This document shows, piece after piece, positions 42,548 through 52,988 of a stretch of DNA of 64,000 nt. The notes under the pieces were generated by a model that did no database searches, was not told the origin of the DNA, and saw only the letters and a list, made by a program, of their open reading frames with translations. This stretch comes from Tetramitus jugosus (taxonomy: Eukaryota > Protista > Heterolobosea), in assembly GCA_937625935.1 (NCBI GenBank), contig OW569377.1:248001-312000 (forward strand), read 5' to 3'. How positions within the stretch are numbered: the stretch's first letter is position 1; every line of letters starts with the position of its first letter. The position numbers and the translations under genes were made by a program.

Positions 42548-43888
42548 ATGTCTGCCGACAATACAAAGATTGATATCTCCAATGGACAAGGTCTCCTCTA
42601 CAAGACCACTCTCGTTCAAAGCTCACAGCCTGATCTCAAGCCTGCCACTGGTTGTGAAGTCACTGTTCACTACACTGGAACATTGACTCAAAATGGTAAG
42701 AAATTTGATAGTAGTCGTGATCGTAACGAACCATTCAAGTTCAAGTTGGGTCAAGGTCAAGTCATCAAGGGATGGGACGTTGGTGTAGCAACCATGAGTC
42801 CAGGTGAGAGAGCCATTCTAGAGATTGACTCAGAGTGGGGTTATGGTGATAGAGGTGCAGGTGCAGATATCCCAGGTGGTGCAAACTTGACGTTCGATGT
42901 TGAATTGTTGAGTTGGTCGTTGCCTGATGTGTCAGAGAAGGGTGATGGTTCAATTGTGATGAAACAAGGAGTCTCGCCATCATCATCATCTGAATCAGTC
43001 AAGCAAAAGATTGGTGATACGATCACTGTGGATTTAACACTGTGGACACTCAACAATGCAGAGAGCGTTGCGAGTGGTACGGTGAGTGAAGAAGAACGAG
43101 TATTGGTCGAACAAGTGCAATCCTTAAAGTTTGTCAATGGAGATGAGACTGTTCATCCAATGATTGAGCGATTGGTTGGTCAATTGAAGAAGCAAGGTCA
43201 AAGCGCATCATTCTTTGTTCGATCCAAGTGCTCTGAACTGTTGTTGTCCAAGGATAAGGAGCAAAATGCCAAATTGTACACTTATATGACTGATTTGTCC
43301 GATCGCGTCAAAGACACTCTTCAAAAATTGGCCAATGGTGAAATTGTGGGTGTTCAATTGGATTTGAAGTTGGTATCAGTGGAACCAGCTCCAAACGCTG
43401 AAGAGTTTACCCCTGATCAATTGATTGAGTATTGTGAAAAGAAGAAGAATGAAGGAAATCAATTCTTCAAGGATCAACGATTGAATATGGCAGTGAAGCG
43501 TTACAAGGATGTTGTGAATGCTAGGGATTCATTCGAAGAGGAACCCAAGGGATTTTCAGACGAACAAATGCAAAAGTTGAACAATGTGGTTGTCACAGCG
43601 AACAATAACCTTGCCGTCGTGTACTACAAGCAACAGAATTATCACAAGACGAGAGTTGCATGCCGTGCTGCATTGGATATCGAGCCAAATAATGTCAAGG
43701 CTCTGTTCAAGCGGTCTCAATCTTATTCCGCCGAGACCAAGTTCGAAGAAGCCATTGCTGACTTGAAGACTGCATTGCAAGCCGATCCAAACAACAAACT
43801 AGTTGCACAAGAACTTGCCGGAATACAACAAAAGATACAAAAGGAAAAGGAAGCCGAAAAGCGCATGTATCAACGTATGTTCCAATAA
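42548..43888 (+). CDS. FKBP-type PPIase with TPR domain (FKBP51/52/ROF-like Hsp90 co-chaperone)
   Basis: VTVHYTGTL..GKKFDSSRDR.EPFKF.LG.GQVIKGWD; TPR KNEGNQFFK..NNVKALFKR; ends MYQRMFQ. Confidence 0.92.
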   Translation: MSADNTKIDISNGQGLLYKTTLVQSSQPDLKPATGCEVTVHYTGTLTQNGKKFDSSRDRNEPFKFKLGQGQVIKGWDVGVATMSPGERAILEIDSEWGYGDRGAGADIPGGANLTFDVELLSWSLPDVSEKGDGSIVMKQGVSPSSSSESVKQKIGDTITVDLTLWTLNNAESVASGTVSEEERVLVEQVQSLKFVNGDETVHPMIERLVGQLKKQGQSASFFVRSKCSELLLSKDKEQNAKLYTYMTDLSDRVKDTLQKLANGEIVGVQLDLKLVSVEPAPNAEEFTPDQLIEYCEKKKNEGNQFFKDQRLNMAVKRYKDVVNARDSFEEEPKGFSDEQMQKLNNVVVTANNNLAVVYYKQQNYHKTRVACRAALDIEPNNVKALFKRSQSYSAETKFEEAIADLKTALQADPNNKLVAQELAGIQQKIQKEKEAEKRMYQRMFQ

Positions 43889-43916
43889 ATGTGAAACCAT
43901 TGTGTATAAAAGACTC

Positions 43917-45014
43917 TTACTTGTTGTATTTATTCATGACCTGTTTGAGTTCACTGAGCATATTCTCATGATCTTCCGAGCTCATGTCTCTCTCCTCTGC
44001 CACCAACCGAGCTAGCTTCTCAATCTTTTGGTCCAAATACTCGTTGGCCGTCATGATCGTCATCTCTCCAAAGCTCTTTCGAGTCACATTCTGAATTACC
44101 TGTGCATCCACGAGCACTCTTCTGCCACCACTGGTTGGTGAATGAGGAGGCGTAGAAAGAGGACTATTGGCACCACTGTTCACAAGTGAACCAGCTCTGT
44201 TTCTAGGTGCGGACACTGATCTCTTTCTCACCTTGTTCAACTCCTCTCTCAACGCCACATGATCAATCTGCATGAGCTTTGACTTGAATTTTCTCTCAAT
44301 GGGCGAAGATGGCTCTCCCATCGCATCGCTCACGAGCGCCGCAACAACAGGTGATTTATTTGGATATTGTCCGACGACGCGACTACTGTCATGCTGCTTC
44401 ATCTCTCTCTGTAGCTCTACGATCAGAGCATAGGGCACTGGGTCTTGATCCTCTGACAAGTTTGAACAATCATAAATGGCATGATACAATGTATCATAAA
44501 TGGTCTTTAGCTGTTCACCTACTGTTTCTTCTTCTTGTAGCTCTTGCTGCTGTTGTTCTGCTGCTTCCTCACTACCAACATGAGAAGAAGTTTCTTGTTG
44601 TGAGTCAGTTGATGATGACGATGGAAGGCGAACTGAGATTAGCTTTTCTGACAGTTCGTGCAGCTCTTCCATCGACTCATCAATCTCATCCACATCGACA
44701 TAATCATCAAATAGCTCTGTGCCATGTGTCGCCGCTGCCGCCGTAGTCGTAGACGACAAAAAATATTTCGTGTCAAACGAAAGCGCGCCAGAAATTGTTT
44801 TGAGCATGGCGCTCTTGGCGAGCGGAGAAGTAGAGTAAGCTTTTGTACTGGAACTGTTACCACTCAAAAGCTGAGTAATGATGGGAGAAGGATTGTCATC
44901 AAACTCATCAAATAAATCATTTTGTGTCGGAGTTTGTTGTTCTGCTGATTGAGCATGTTGTTCCATTGCCTGCTCCAGGAGATGGTATTGATAGGCTTCT
45001 TGAGCAGTGTTCAT
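43917..45014 (-). CDS. Hypothetical acidic protein
   Basis: 365-aa ATG ORF filling the intergenic space; no domain recognised. Confidence 0.6.
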   Translation of the reverse strand: MNTAQEAYQYHLLEQAMEQHAQSAEQQTPTQNDLFDEFDDNPSPIITQLLSGNSSSTKAYSTSPLAKSAMLKTISGALSFDTKYFLSSTTTAAAATHGTELFDDYVDVDEIDESMEELHELSEKLISVRLPSSSSTDSQQETSSHVGSEEAAEQQQQELQEEETVGEQLKTIYDTLYHAIYDCSNLSEDQDPVPYALIVELQREMKQHDSSRVVGQYPNKSPVVAALVSDAMGEPSSPIERKFKSKLMQIDHVALREELNKVRKRSVSAPRNRAGSLVNSGANSPLSTPPHSPTSGGRRVLVDAQVIQNVTRKSFGEMTIMTANEYLDQKIEKLARLVAEERDMSSEDHENMLSELKQVMNKYNK

Positions 45015-45359
45015 TTTCTTTGTGCTTTTTTTGTGAAGGATTGCTTGGTGTTTGTTGTTGTGTGGGTGCTTTTTTGGTCAGATAACAGCTGTCAAAAAGA
45101 AGCGTTGATGTTTTCAAGGTGGAAAATAAAAAATACTATCGTATTTCAGGTCAACGAAGAAAACGCTTGGCGGGCTCAAATTACAGCCTTGAGTTGGAAG
45201 CTAATTGCAAGGTCCTTCTTCGATTACCCAAACTTAAAAAGTGTGATCGCTCAAGCAGGATGTTTACTCCTGCAAACAAGTACATAAATTATCAAAATTT
45301 ATACAGTGAATGTTTTTGTGGCCCATTCTAATGATTATTAACAAAAATTGAGTATCCCT

Positions 45360-47765
45360 TCACAACTCACTCATCTGAAAACGCTTAAAGGTATCTCTCA
45401 TACAAATCTCAATCGCATATTGCGCGTTGTCAAACACGCATGTATCACCAGATGTGTAAGTGGCCGTGAGTTCTTGACTGACGGATGCTGGCAAATTCAA
45501 CGAGTATAATGATTCCGAAGGTACAAAAATTTTGTACATTTTGATCGCTAGCTTCTCACGATCTGCTTGTTTCTTAACCTGTTTATACTTCAAAACCTCT
45601 TCATAGAAAATGACATTCTCCTCTGAATATTCCTTTTGAGCAAATTTCTTAAACTTTGCTCTCAACTTGTCATTGTTCAACATGTGTCTCAACGCATCAT
45701 GCACAGGCTCTGCACTCGTTGTTTTCGCTCCAGTTGTTGCCTTGTTACTACCCAGAGCAGATGGTGTGGCTGATGAGGCAGCAGACATGGTTGGTGTCGT
45801 AGGTGTCGTTGGTTGTAGCTGCGACATGACAGACAGAGTATCATTGTTGTTATTATTGACTGCACTATTGACTAGCGAATGAGTCACTTGAGCATCCTTT
45901 TCTCTTGTAATGGACAATGAAGTGACTGATGGTAGAGAGGAAGACAATGACGCATCACTGTTGTTCTTCTTCTTCATGTACCTTGGTGATTCCAAGTCTT
46001 GCAAGTGCTTGGAAATTTGGTTCTGATAGAGATTGTTTTTGGTCAGTGAAGAAGCAATCGTGTTGTTGTCCTTTGAGCTGACAGATGGTGATAAAGATGT
46101 CAACTTTGAGCTCTTGTCCTTGTTTGGAGTGGACAGAGAGAGGTTGAATCTGAATTTTTTGACCTTGGTCTCCGTCGCAGCGACTGGTTGTGTGGTCGAA
46201 GGAGTGGTCGTAACAGTGGTAGTAGTAGACGTAGCTAATGGTGTTGTCCATGTCGTCATACTTGATGTTACGGGAGAGGAAGAAAGCTTTGTAGGTGTAG
46301 TAGAGAAGGGAGATGAAGGAGTAGTAGATGGAGACTGAGCTGCAATTTGCTCAAATAGCTCTCTTGTAGCAGCAACAGAGTTTGTTGCGTTGGTGATGAT
46401 TGAACTTCTATTTGTTGATGTTGGTGTTGATGGTGTTGATGGTGTTGTTGTTGTTGTTGTTGTTGTAGTGGTGTTCGATGTGTACAGATGAGTGCGCAAT
46501 GGTTCTTGAGGCGCAGAGTCACCTCTTCGCCTCGAGGGAATGGTTGATAGGTCGATTGCACTTGTTTTGAATGAGATGGGAGGTGATGATGAAAGTGTGG
46601 TGCTGCTGGTGGATGGAGAAGAAGCCATAACAGTAGCTTTTCTCCTGAAAGCTATGAGTGAGCTTTCGTTGCTCTCATTGCTCTTGTTGGGTGTCGTTGT
46701 ATGGTCGGAGTTTTTGGACGCCAGTAAAAACTGCTTTTGTAAACTTTTCAGTTCATCAATCATGTTCATGCTGTCTGCTAAGCTCCTCGTGTCGAGATCA
46801 TTTCTCGCAGACACTCTTCTAAAATTGTTGTTCACTTTGTACAAATAGGGTGCTTCTGACTCGTCTCTAAATGTGAACTGATGAGTCACATGGAAGAGCC
46901 AACCTTGACTAAAAAGCTCTGTCGCAAAAGCTACAGCTTGACATCTCTCAATCTTTGGCCGCTTGAGTTGCTGTTGTTGTTCCGCTTCTTTTTTGAAATT
47001 CATCGTGTGTTGCTGTGATAGGATGGTTAGTAGGTGATCAACTGCTTCCCTTCCTGAGAAGCATTGCTCAAAAATTCTGTTCTTGTATTGTACGTCTCTT
47101 GGACGTACCATTTCTTGCAACCGCTGCACGATGAGCGTAATTTCCTGATTGGAGAATTCAAAGTGCTCAATGTGCTCTGACAGTGCCATTCTAGTGCTTG
47201 TTCTGTTTGCTCGATGTTGAAAATTTTTTTCTGTAGCTGTTGGTTGTTGTTGTTGTTGTGGTTTGGTTTGGGAGAAGTGGAAGGATCTTGGTCTCTCCGA
47301 TCCAGTTGCTGTTGTTGCTCCTGTGGTTGTTGATGTTGATGTTGGTCGCAATGTTAGGGAAGAGGCCAATGGGGAAGGTGATTGCGAGACGAACGGAGAG
47401 GTCGAACAGCTGGGGTGTCCGAAGAGAGAAACAGACGATGCAGGTTGCCCTTCCCCAACAGATGACTCTAGCGGAGGAGAGGATGACGGTGATGAGAATA
47501 TGGAGAAATTTTCCTTCTCGTCCTCGTGATTCGTGGTTCTAGTGGACGTCAAGCCCGCATTCTTTGTCGTGTCGTCATCCATGGTGGGTGTTTGGTTCAA
47601 CGAGCAAGTTGTTGAAGATGGTGGGAGTGATGCTGAGGGAAGAGATCCACTATTGCCTATGCGTAGGAAGCTGAATCGAGAGGTTGCTTTGGGACTACCG
47701 TCCTGATGAACACAAGAAAGAGAACGTTCTCGGCCGCGGATGGGGATTGCCACTGACTTTTTCAT
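45360..47765 (-). CDS. DEP- and RGS-domain protein
   Basis: DEP: CFSGREAVDHL...LFHVTHQFTFRDE; RGS: FKKFAQKEYSEENVIFYEEV...YSLNL...FDNAQ...MRDTFKRF. Confidence 0.88.
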   Translation of the reverse strand: MKKSVAIPIRGRERSLSCVHQDGSPKATSRFSFLRIGNSGSLPSASLPPSSTTCSLNQTPTMDDDTTKNAGLTSTRTTNHEDEKENFSIFSSPSSSPPLESSVGEGQPASSVSLFGHPSCSTSPFVSQSPSPLASSLTLRPTSTSTTTGATTATGSERPRSFHFSQTKPQQQQQPTATEKNFQHRANRTSTRMALSEHIEHFEFSNQEITLIVQRLQEMVRPRDVQYKNRIFEQCFSGREAVDHLLTILSQQHTMNFKKEAEQQQQLKRPKIERCQAVAFATELFSQGWLFHVTHQFTFRDESEAPYLYKVNNNFRRVSARNDLDTRSLADSMNMIDELKSLQKQFLLASKNSDHTTTPNKSNESNESSLIAFRRKATVMASSPSTSSTTLSSSPPISFKTSAIDLSTIPSRRRGDSAPQEPLRTHLYTSNTTTTTTTTTTPSTPSTPTSTNRSSIITNATNSVAATRELFEQIAAQSPSTTPSSPFSTTPTKLSSSPVTSSMTTWTTPLATSTTTTVTTTPSTTQPVAATETKVKKFRFNLSLSTPNKDKSSKLTSLSPSVSSKDNNTIASSLTKNNLYQNQISKHLQDLESPRYMKKKNNSDASLSSSLPSVTSLSITREKDAQVTHSLVNSAVNNNNNDTLSVMSQLQPTTPTTPTMSAASSATPSALGSNKATTGAKTTSAEPVHDALRHMLNNDKLRAKFKKFAQKEYSEENVIFYEEVLKYKQVKKQADREKLAIKMYKIFVPSESLYSLNLPASVSQELTATYTSGDTCVFDNAQYAIEICMRDTFKRFQMSEL

Positions 47766-47983
47766 GGTTGATCAATAATTCACACACCTTGTTTTGTCAT
47801 CAATTGCTTGGTGATTGAGTTTGTTTGTTGACTTGTTGGAATGAAACGGACACGAAAAACTCCCTTAAATCAACACCATAAAAGGAAGTTGATAAGAGGT
47901 TTGTGACATTGTGACGTCCAAAATTTATTGTTTGCGGACAGGTCGTGTCAACAAAATGTTGATTAGGTGTCGTTTACTGACTT

Positions 47984-49923
47984 TTACAGAATGTGATCAA
48001 ACTGAATGACTACGTCACAGAAGGATTGTTGTTTTGACAGAGAGTAAATTCGATGTTGGAAAGACTCTTTTGACCGAGTCATTGATATGTCCCACTCTGA
48101 TATGATGATAGATTGAAAAATTATAGCTGTGTGAGCTAAATGGACATGCACAACAGACAATAAGTTGTTTGACATACCTCTGGTAGAATGATAGAAAACA
48201 GAGTGTTGATAGCTAGCAGCACAATAATTGATCCTACCTGTTTGAAGAGCAGAGTCGAGACGAGTTGGGACTCGATATCCCTTGGCATAATCGCACGCCA
48301 GTTGACCATTGGCTGACATACCACAACCATAGATTTCATTAGATTGCGTCACAGCCAACCAATGAGTGTATCCAGCAACTACTCTCTTGAATGGCGGTCC
48401 ATTGTACACCACTCTGTGAGGAACATCGATAATTTGTTCATCGCTGTCAATACCCAGCAATCCATACTTGTTCTTACCGCACGCCCACAGAGTATTGTCA
48501 TGCTCCAAGAATAAGGCATAATATTGACCACAGAAAACATCTACAATCTTTCTGTCAGCAAATCCAGAGGCAACCACTTGAGTCAACTTGGGTATTACTT
48601 GATCCTTTGTTCCCTGTGCGCATTGACCATGATTGTTTGAACCGCAGCTGAATATCCGATAGTCATCCGTGATGAGATACAAGAAGGCACAACCACAGAC
48701 AACTTTTATAAATTGATTGACTCCTTCTGGCGGTTCAATCCTTGTTGGATACGGTATCGACTCCAACGAGGGATTCAAACCTAGCTGACTGTGATTATTG
48801 GCACCGCATGTATAAACATCATTCTCTCTCGTCATGAATGCCGAGTGACCAAATCCACTAGATATGTACACGACAGGGTCATAATTGAAATACTTTTGAT
48901 CAATGTAACAGGGCGGAAAAACAGAACGACCAGCATCAGTTCCCAGACCAGTTTGACTCCACGTTGAGTCTCCAAATGTCAATACCCTACCACTCTCTAC
49001 TCAACCACATGCGCAAACAAGAAAAAAAATTTACAAGGAGCGTGAGTCGGAGTTAGTTCCTTCACATAAAAAACACTTTGCAAATGACAAAAATTTACAA
49101 ATAACACATTAATAAAAAACTTACCAGTTAACAAGAATGAATGATCACCCACAGCTACAATCTCCTTAATTTTCTCATTGGACGGAATTTGAATTTTTTC
49201 CATCGAGGACGTATCTTGCTTCTGACCTCTGAGCTTTCCTTGTCCAAACACTTCACCACTCGTTGTCAAAAATAATGTATTGTAGCAACCACATGCAATT
49301 TGATACACATGTCCATCATATTCCTCTTCCATATCATTCTCCATATTATTATTATTATTATTATTATTTACATTTTCTTCTTGTTCTTCTTCATTGTTGT
49401 TGTTATCTGCTTGATGACTTGTCAAATCTCCATCAACATCATCAATATCATCTCCGTCGTCAATATCATTCGCATTATGCGATAATCCTTTATTCATGGT
49501 TATCATCATTGACAGATCCAAATGTTGCTGTTGCTGTTGTTCCTTATCATAGTGATAATGAGAGCTACACTTCATTTTTTTTAATTGATCACTCGTAATG
49601 GTCTCTAGTCCTCGTTTACACTGCTTGAGCGTATCATTAATCTGATTGAATTTGTTGCTGCCACAAAAGAGAATCGGTGAACTGTACAGAGCTTCAAAAA
49701 TTTGTTGTGCATTGTTGTACACTGGAAAATCATCTTCACCTGCGACTTGTTTTTGTGGTGTTGTTGTTGATGATGATGATGATGAAGAGGAGGGTAATGG
49801 CGAAGATGACTGTTGTTGTTGTTGTTGTGGTGGTGGTGGTAATAAAGGTGCATTCGTGTCGTCAACGTTGTTCATTGATGCAACATCATCAGATGATTGC
49901 AAAGTTACAGTTTGGTGGTTCAT
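47984..49923 (-). CDS. RCC1-repeat protein with low-complexity N-terminus; intron 48997-49124
   Basis: Repeats such as ISSGFGHSAFMTRENDVYTCGANNHSQLG; splicing gives FLLTESGRVLTFGD. Confidence 0.85.
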
Positions 49924-50340
49924 TGTGAAAGTTGGTTTTTGAATTGTTTGTTTGTTTAAGATGGGTTGGTAAGAGAAGAAGGGCACACCAACCAGGTTGT
50001 TGTTATTGTCTTTTGAGTTGTTGTTGGTGGTCTTTGAGAGGTTGTTTTTTTTGGGGAAGCGAGAGCCACAGGCTGCGAAAAGTCATGAAAGGTTCGCTAA
50101 AAATAAAAGTCGGAACATTTTTGGTCGCAGAAGGTTATTCACATGATGGATAGCCGGTTGAAATGGATAATGGGTACATGTTTTATAGGAGGTTCCCCAT
50201 TCTTCTGAGAATCATTATTCTCAGTTGATTGTACAAGCATGTAGTCTTGGAACTGAGAACTGTCAATTTGCCGAAAAACTTAGTTTTTCGTTCCGACAGA
50301 CACGATCTACGGAGATTGAGCTCGTTTCGAATCAAGAACT

Positions 50341-51015
50341 ATGAACGATGAGACGCCAGAGTGCATTCCTCCTAGCAGAAACAAGGACAAAAATGGCATT
50401 ATAAAGGATTTGCAGAAGCCCAATATTCTACGTATCAAAATCATATCCATGGGGGAATCAGAAGTAGGCAAGACGAGTCTCATCAAACGATATTGTGAAG
50501 AGAAATTTGTAAATAGATATGTGGGAACTATTGGCGTGGATTTTGGTGTGAAGAGAGTAGTGATTGATAATCATGAGATGAGAGTGAACTTTTGGGACCT
50601 GAGTGGCCATCCAGAGTTTTTCGAGGTGAGGAATGAGTTCTACAAAGATACGCAAGGAGTACGTCTCTTTTCTTAGCTATCTTGTAAACCAACATAATCA
50701 CTAACGTTCTGACATGATATTATCATCGGTTAACAGGCTTTACTGGTCTATGACATTCACTCGAGGAAGTCTTTTGAAAAACTTGATTCCTGGTTGTTGG
50801 AGTCAACAAAATATGGAGCCAAGAATGTTGTGATAGTGGTATGTGGAAATAAATCTGACGGAGCAAATAGAATGGTAGGTGAAAAGGATGGAAGAGATTG
50901 GGCAACGAAGAATGGATGTCTATTCTTTGAAGCGAGTGCTCTGTCAGGACAAAATGTAAAGGATATGTTTGACACTCTCTTTCGAGAGGTTTTAATAAAT
51001 TTATATGGAACTTAA
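50341..51015 (+). CDS. RJL-family Rab-like GTPase (DNAJC27/RBJ GTPase domain without J domain); intron 50659-50736
   Basis: IKIISMGESEVGKTSLIKRYCEEKFV, FWDLSGHPEFFEVRNEFYKDTQG|ALLVYD, GNKSD, EASA; no C-terminal Cys motif. Confidence 0.85.
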
Positions 51016-51073
51016 CACAACACCAAACAATGATTTAGCAGGATGTTTTAATACGACCAGCAATTTTTGGAGC

Positions 51074-51490
51074 TTTTTTTAATACAATCATTTCGGTTGC
51101 TCACTTTATTGTCTTTTGTTTTCTTCAGCCATCGCTCGCAGAGTGTCATTGCTGTTGTTTCGCTTTTGTTGTGATGAACAGATGAAGGAGGGTCGTGAGA
51201 CACCTCCGTTTGTTCACATACATTCTTGCTTTCTTTTCTGTCACTGCAGCTTTGAGTCCATTAACCACCAGACCATTGGTGATATCTTGAACGGCGTCTG
51301 TTTCTATCTCTTACCCATGAGGAATTCCCTACTCGTCCACCTCAGTGGTCGCTTTTCTGTCTTACCTCCCTTGAGACTCACATTGTCGAACCAAATATCG
51401 ATAAAGCTATCGGTGACTACTCCCATAGAGACACCGTATGGCACAGAGCTCGGACATCTGACGAGGCAGTGCACACTTTCTGGTTCTTTT
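51074..51490 (-). mobile_element. Degenerate 5'-truncated non-LTR element (3' end of a related family)
   Basis: T7 tail, then AATACAATCATTTCGGTTGCTC, matching the long element's 3' end. Minus-strand translation KEPESVHCLVRCP...IDIWFDNV...TSREFLMG / DAVQDITNGL..NG.K....EKKA...VNKRRC..TL..LFI aligns to the ORF2 C-terminus with deletions and a frameshift. TSD CAATTTTTGG at 51061-51070 and 51491-51500. Confidence 0.88.
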
Positions 51491-51515
51491 CAATTTTTGG
51501 CACCTCTCAGCCCGA

Positions 51516-52848
51516 TTTTTTTTTTTTTTTTCCATACAACCATGTGTGCTTGCTGCGCAAGCACACGATTGCTCATTTATTGACTTGTTTTGTGAGTGAC
51601 GACCCGTAGGGCGTCATTCACTCTTCTTCTCTTGTTGTCCCCGACGGTGCATCTACAGGTTGGAAGAATCACTCTGGTGAGTGTTTTGGTTGATGCCCTT
51701 CATCAAAGAGCGTAACCTTGTAGTAGGACCGTCGATGGACACAGAGCCATCTGTTGGTTTTTTCTTGTTTTGGGCCTTGTTGCTCATCAGATCACCCAGT
51801 GTGATCCTGGCACTCCTCTTCTTGTTGTCATTGAGTTGTGGACTCTGAATCTCCTTTTCGGAGTCATCATCCACGTCCACAATGACTGGTTCGTCCTCAG
51901 TCAAACCATACCTTTTGCGTGCAGCAGCCAGCGCCAATGCAGCAATATCCTTTTTCACTCTGGCGAACACTGGAGAAGTGGCATTCACTTGCTCCAGAAT
52001 CTGCCGGTTCTCAGCACTGAGCTGTACAACAGGCACTGATGGCAGTGGTGTTGCTACAGTCCTCTGTTCTTCTGCCTCCATTAGCTCAGGAGTGGTCTCC
52101 ATCCTAGCAGTGGCTTGGGCAACTACTTGTTCCGGCATTGGTACCGGTTTGTTGTCCCCTTGACCCTTTGTCTTTCCTAATTCCTTGGTGAGTTCTGTGA
52201 CCTGTCGACGCAGTCCGTCAACCACCGTCAGCAGCTCCTCGTACATCTTCGTCAACCTCTTGTTGACAGCCTTGAGAGGATCATGTGGTCTCTCGACGTA
52301 TCGAGTGACCGTGGCCTTTACCTTGTTCTCTCCACTGAGCACTGCTCGTGCATAGGTTTCGTCACCCATGACCACGAAAGCAGTGTCACGCTTCTTGAGC
52401 ACACTGGCAACCTTCTCAGGTCCCAGTAGCTTCTTGATGTCGTCCACTGACATGTTCTTCATGCCATGGACGACCACCTTTCTTGTGCAATCAACACTGC
52501 GCTTGGGTGCAGCAGTGCTGTTGCCAATCCTCCTCTCTTTGTTGAACAACTCAACAAAGTCATAGATGCGGTCACCCTTGACCGTCACCCATGCAACAAA
52601 GCGTTGCTGGCCTTTCCTCTTGATGACCTGGACTCGGTTGAGCCAGTCACCAAACTCCTCTCCTATCTTTCTTGCCAAAGATGACTGAGAGACACCATTA
52701 TCGTTGCCAGTAATGACGACCTCTCTGTCACTTGGCCTAGAGCCTTTCCGTGCAGTGGTCCACACTGCATAACGGCTGTTGCCGTATTCCTTCACCAAAT
52801 TTGTTGAATCACCAGACATGTGATTCCGTTTTTTCTGCGTTTTCCACC
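51516..52848 (-). mobile_element. Non-autonomous ORF1-only non-LTR retroelement (copy 2)
   Basis: T16 tail at 51516-51531; near-identical to 12832-14163; its 5' end abuts the poly(A) of the long element. Confidence 0.93.
51653..52819 (-). CDS. Retroelement ORF1 protein, 388 aa
   Basis: Intact ORF; about 14 substitutions and one insertion relative to 12970-14133. Confidence 0.88.
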   Translation of the reverse strand: MSGDSTNLVKEYGNSRYAVWTTARKGSRPSDREVVITGNDNGVSQSSLARKIGEEFGDWLNRVQVIKRKGQQRFVAWVTVKGDRIYDFVELFNKERRIGNSTAAPKRSVDCTRKVVVHGMKNMSVDDIKKLLGPEKVASVLKKRDTAFVVMGDETYARAVLSGENKVKATVTRYVERPHDPLKAVNKRLTKMYEELLTVVDGLRRQVTELTKELGKTKGQGDNKPVPMPEQVVAQATARMETTPELMEAEEQRTVATPLPSVPVVQLSAENRQILEQVNATSPVFARVKKDIAALALAAARKRYGLTEDEPVIVDVDDDSEKEIQSPQLNDNKKRSARITLGDLMSNKAQNKKKPTDGSVSIDGPTTRLRSLMKGINQNTHQSDSSNL

Positions 52849-52988
52849 TTTTTTTTTTTTTTTTTTTTTTTTAATACAACCATTTCGGTTGCTCCGATTT
52901 TATTTTCTGACTATTTACACTGGATAACGCTCGAAGAGCGTTATCTCCTCCGTTACTTTTCATTTCTCACAATGACGCTCGTAGAGCG

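Noticed and set aside
5284-47765. G-alpha, His kinase, RhoGEF and RGS in one window as a signalling cluster
   Set aside because: They are far apart, interspersed with unrelated housekeeping genes, and belong to large families in such protists.
51116-51583. 155-aa plus-strand ORF
   Set aside because: Antisense shadow across the retroelement relic and poly(T); the real signal is the decayed ORF2 on the minus strand.
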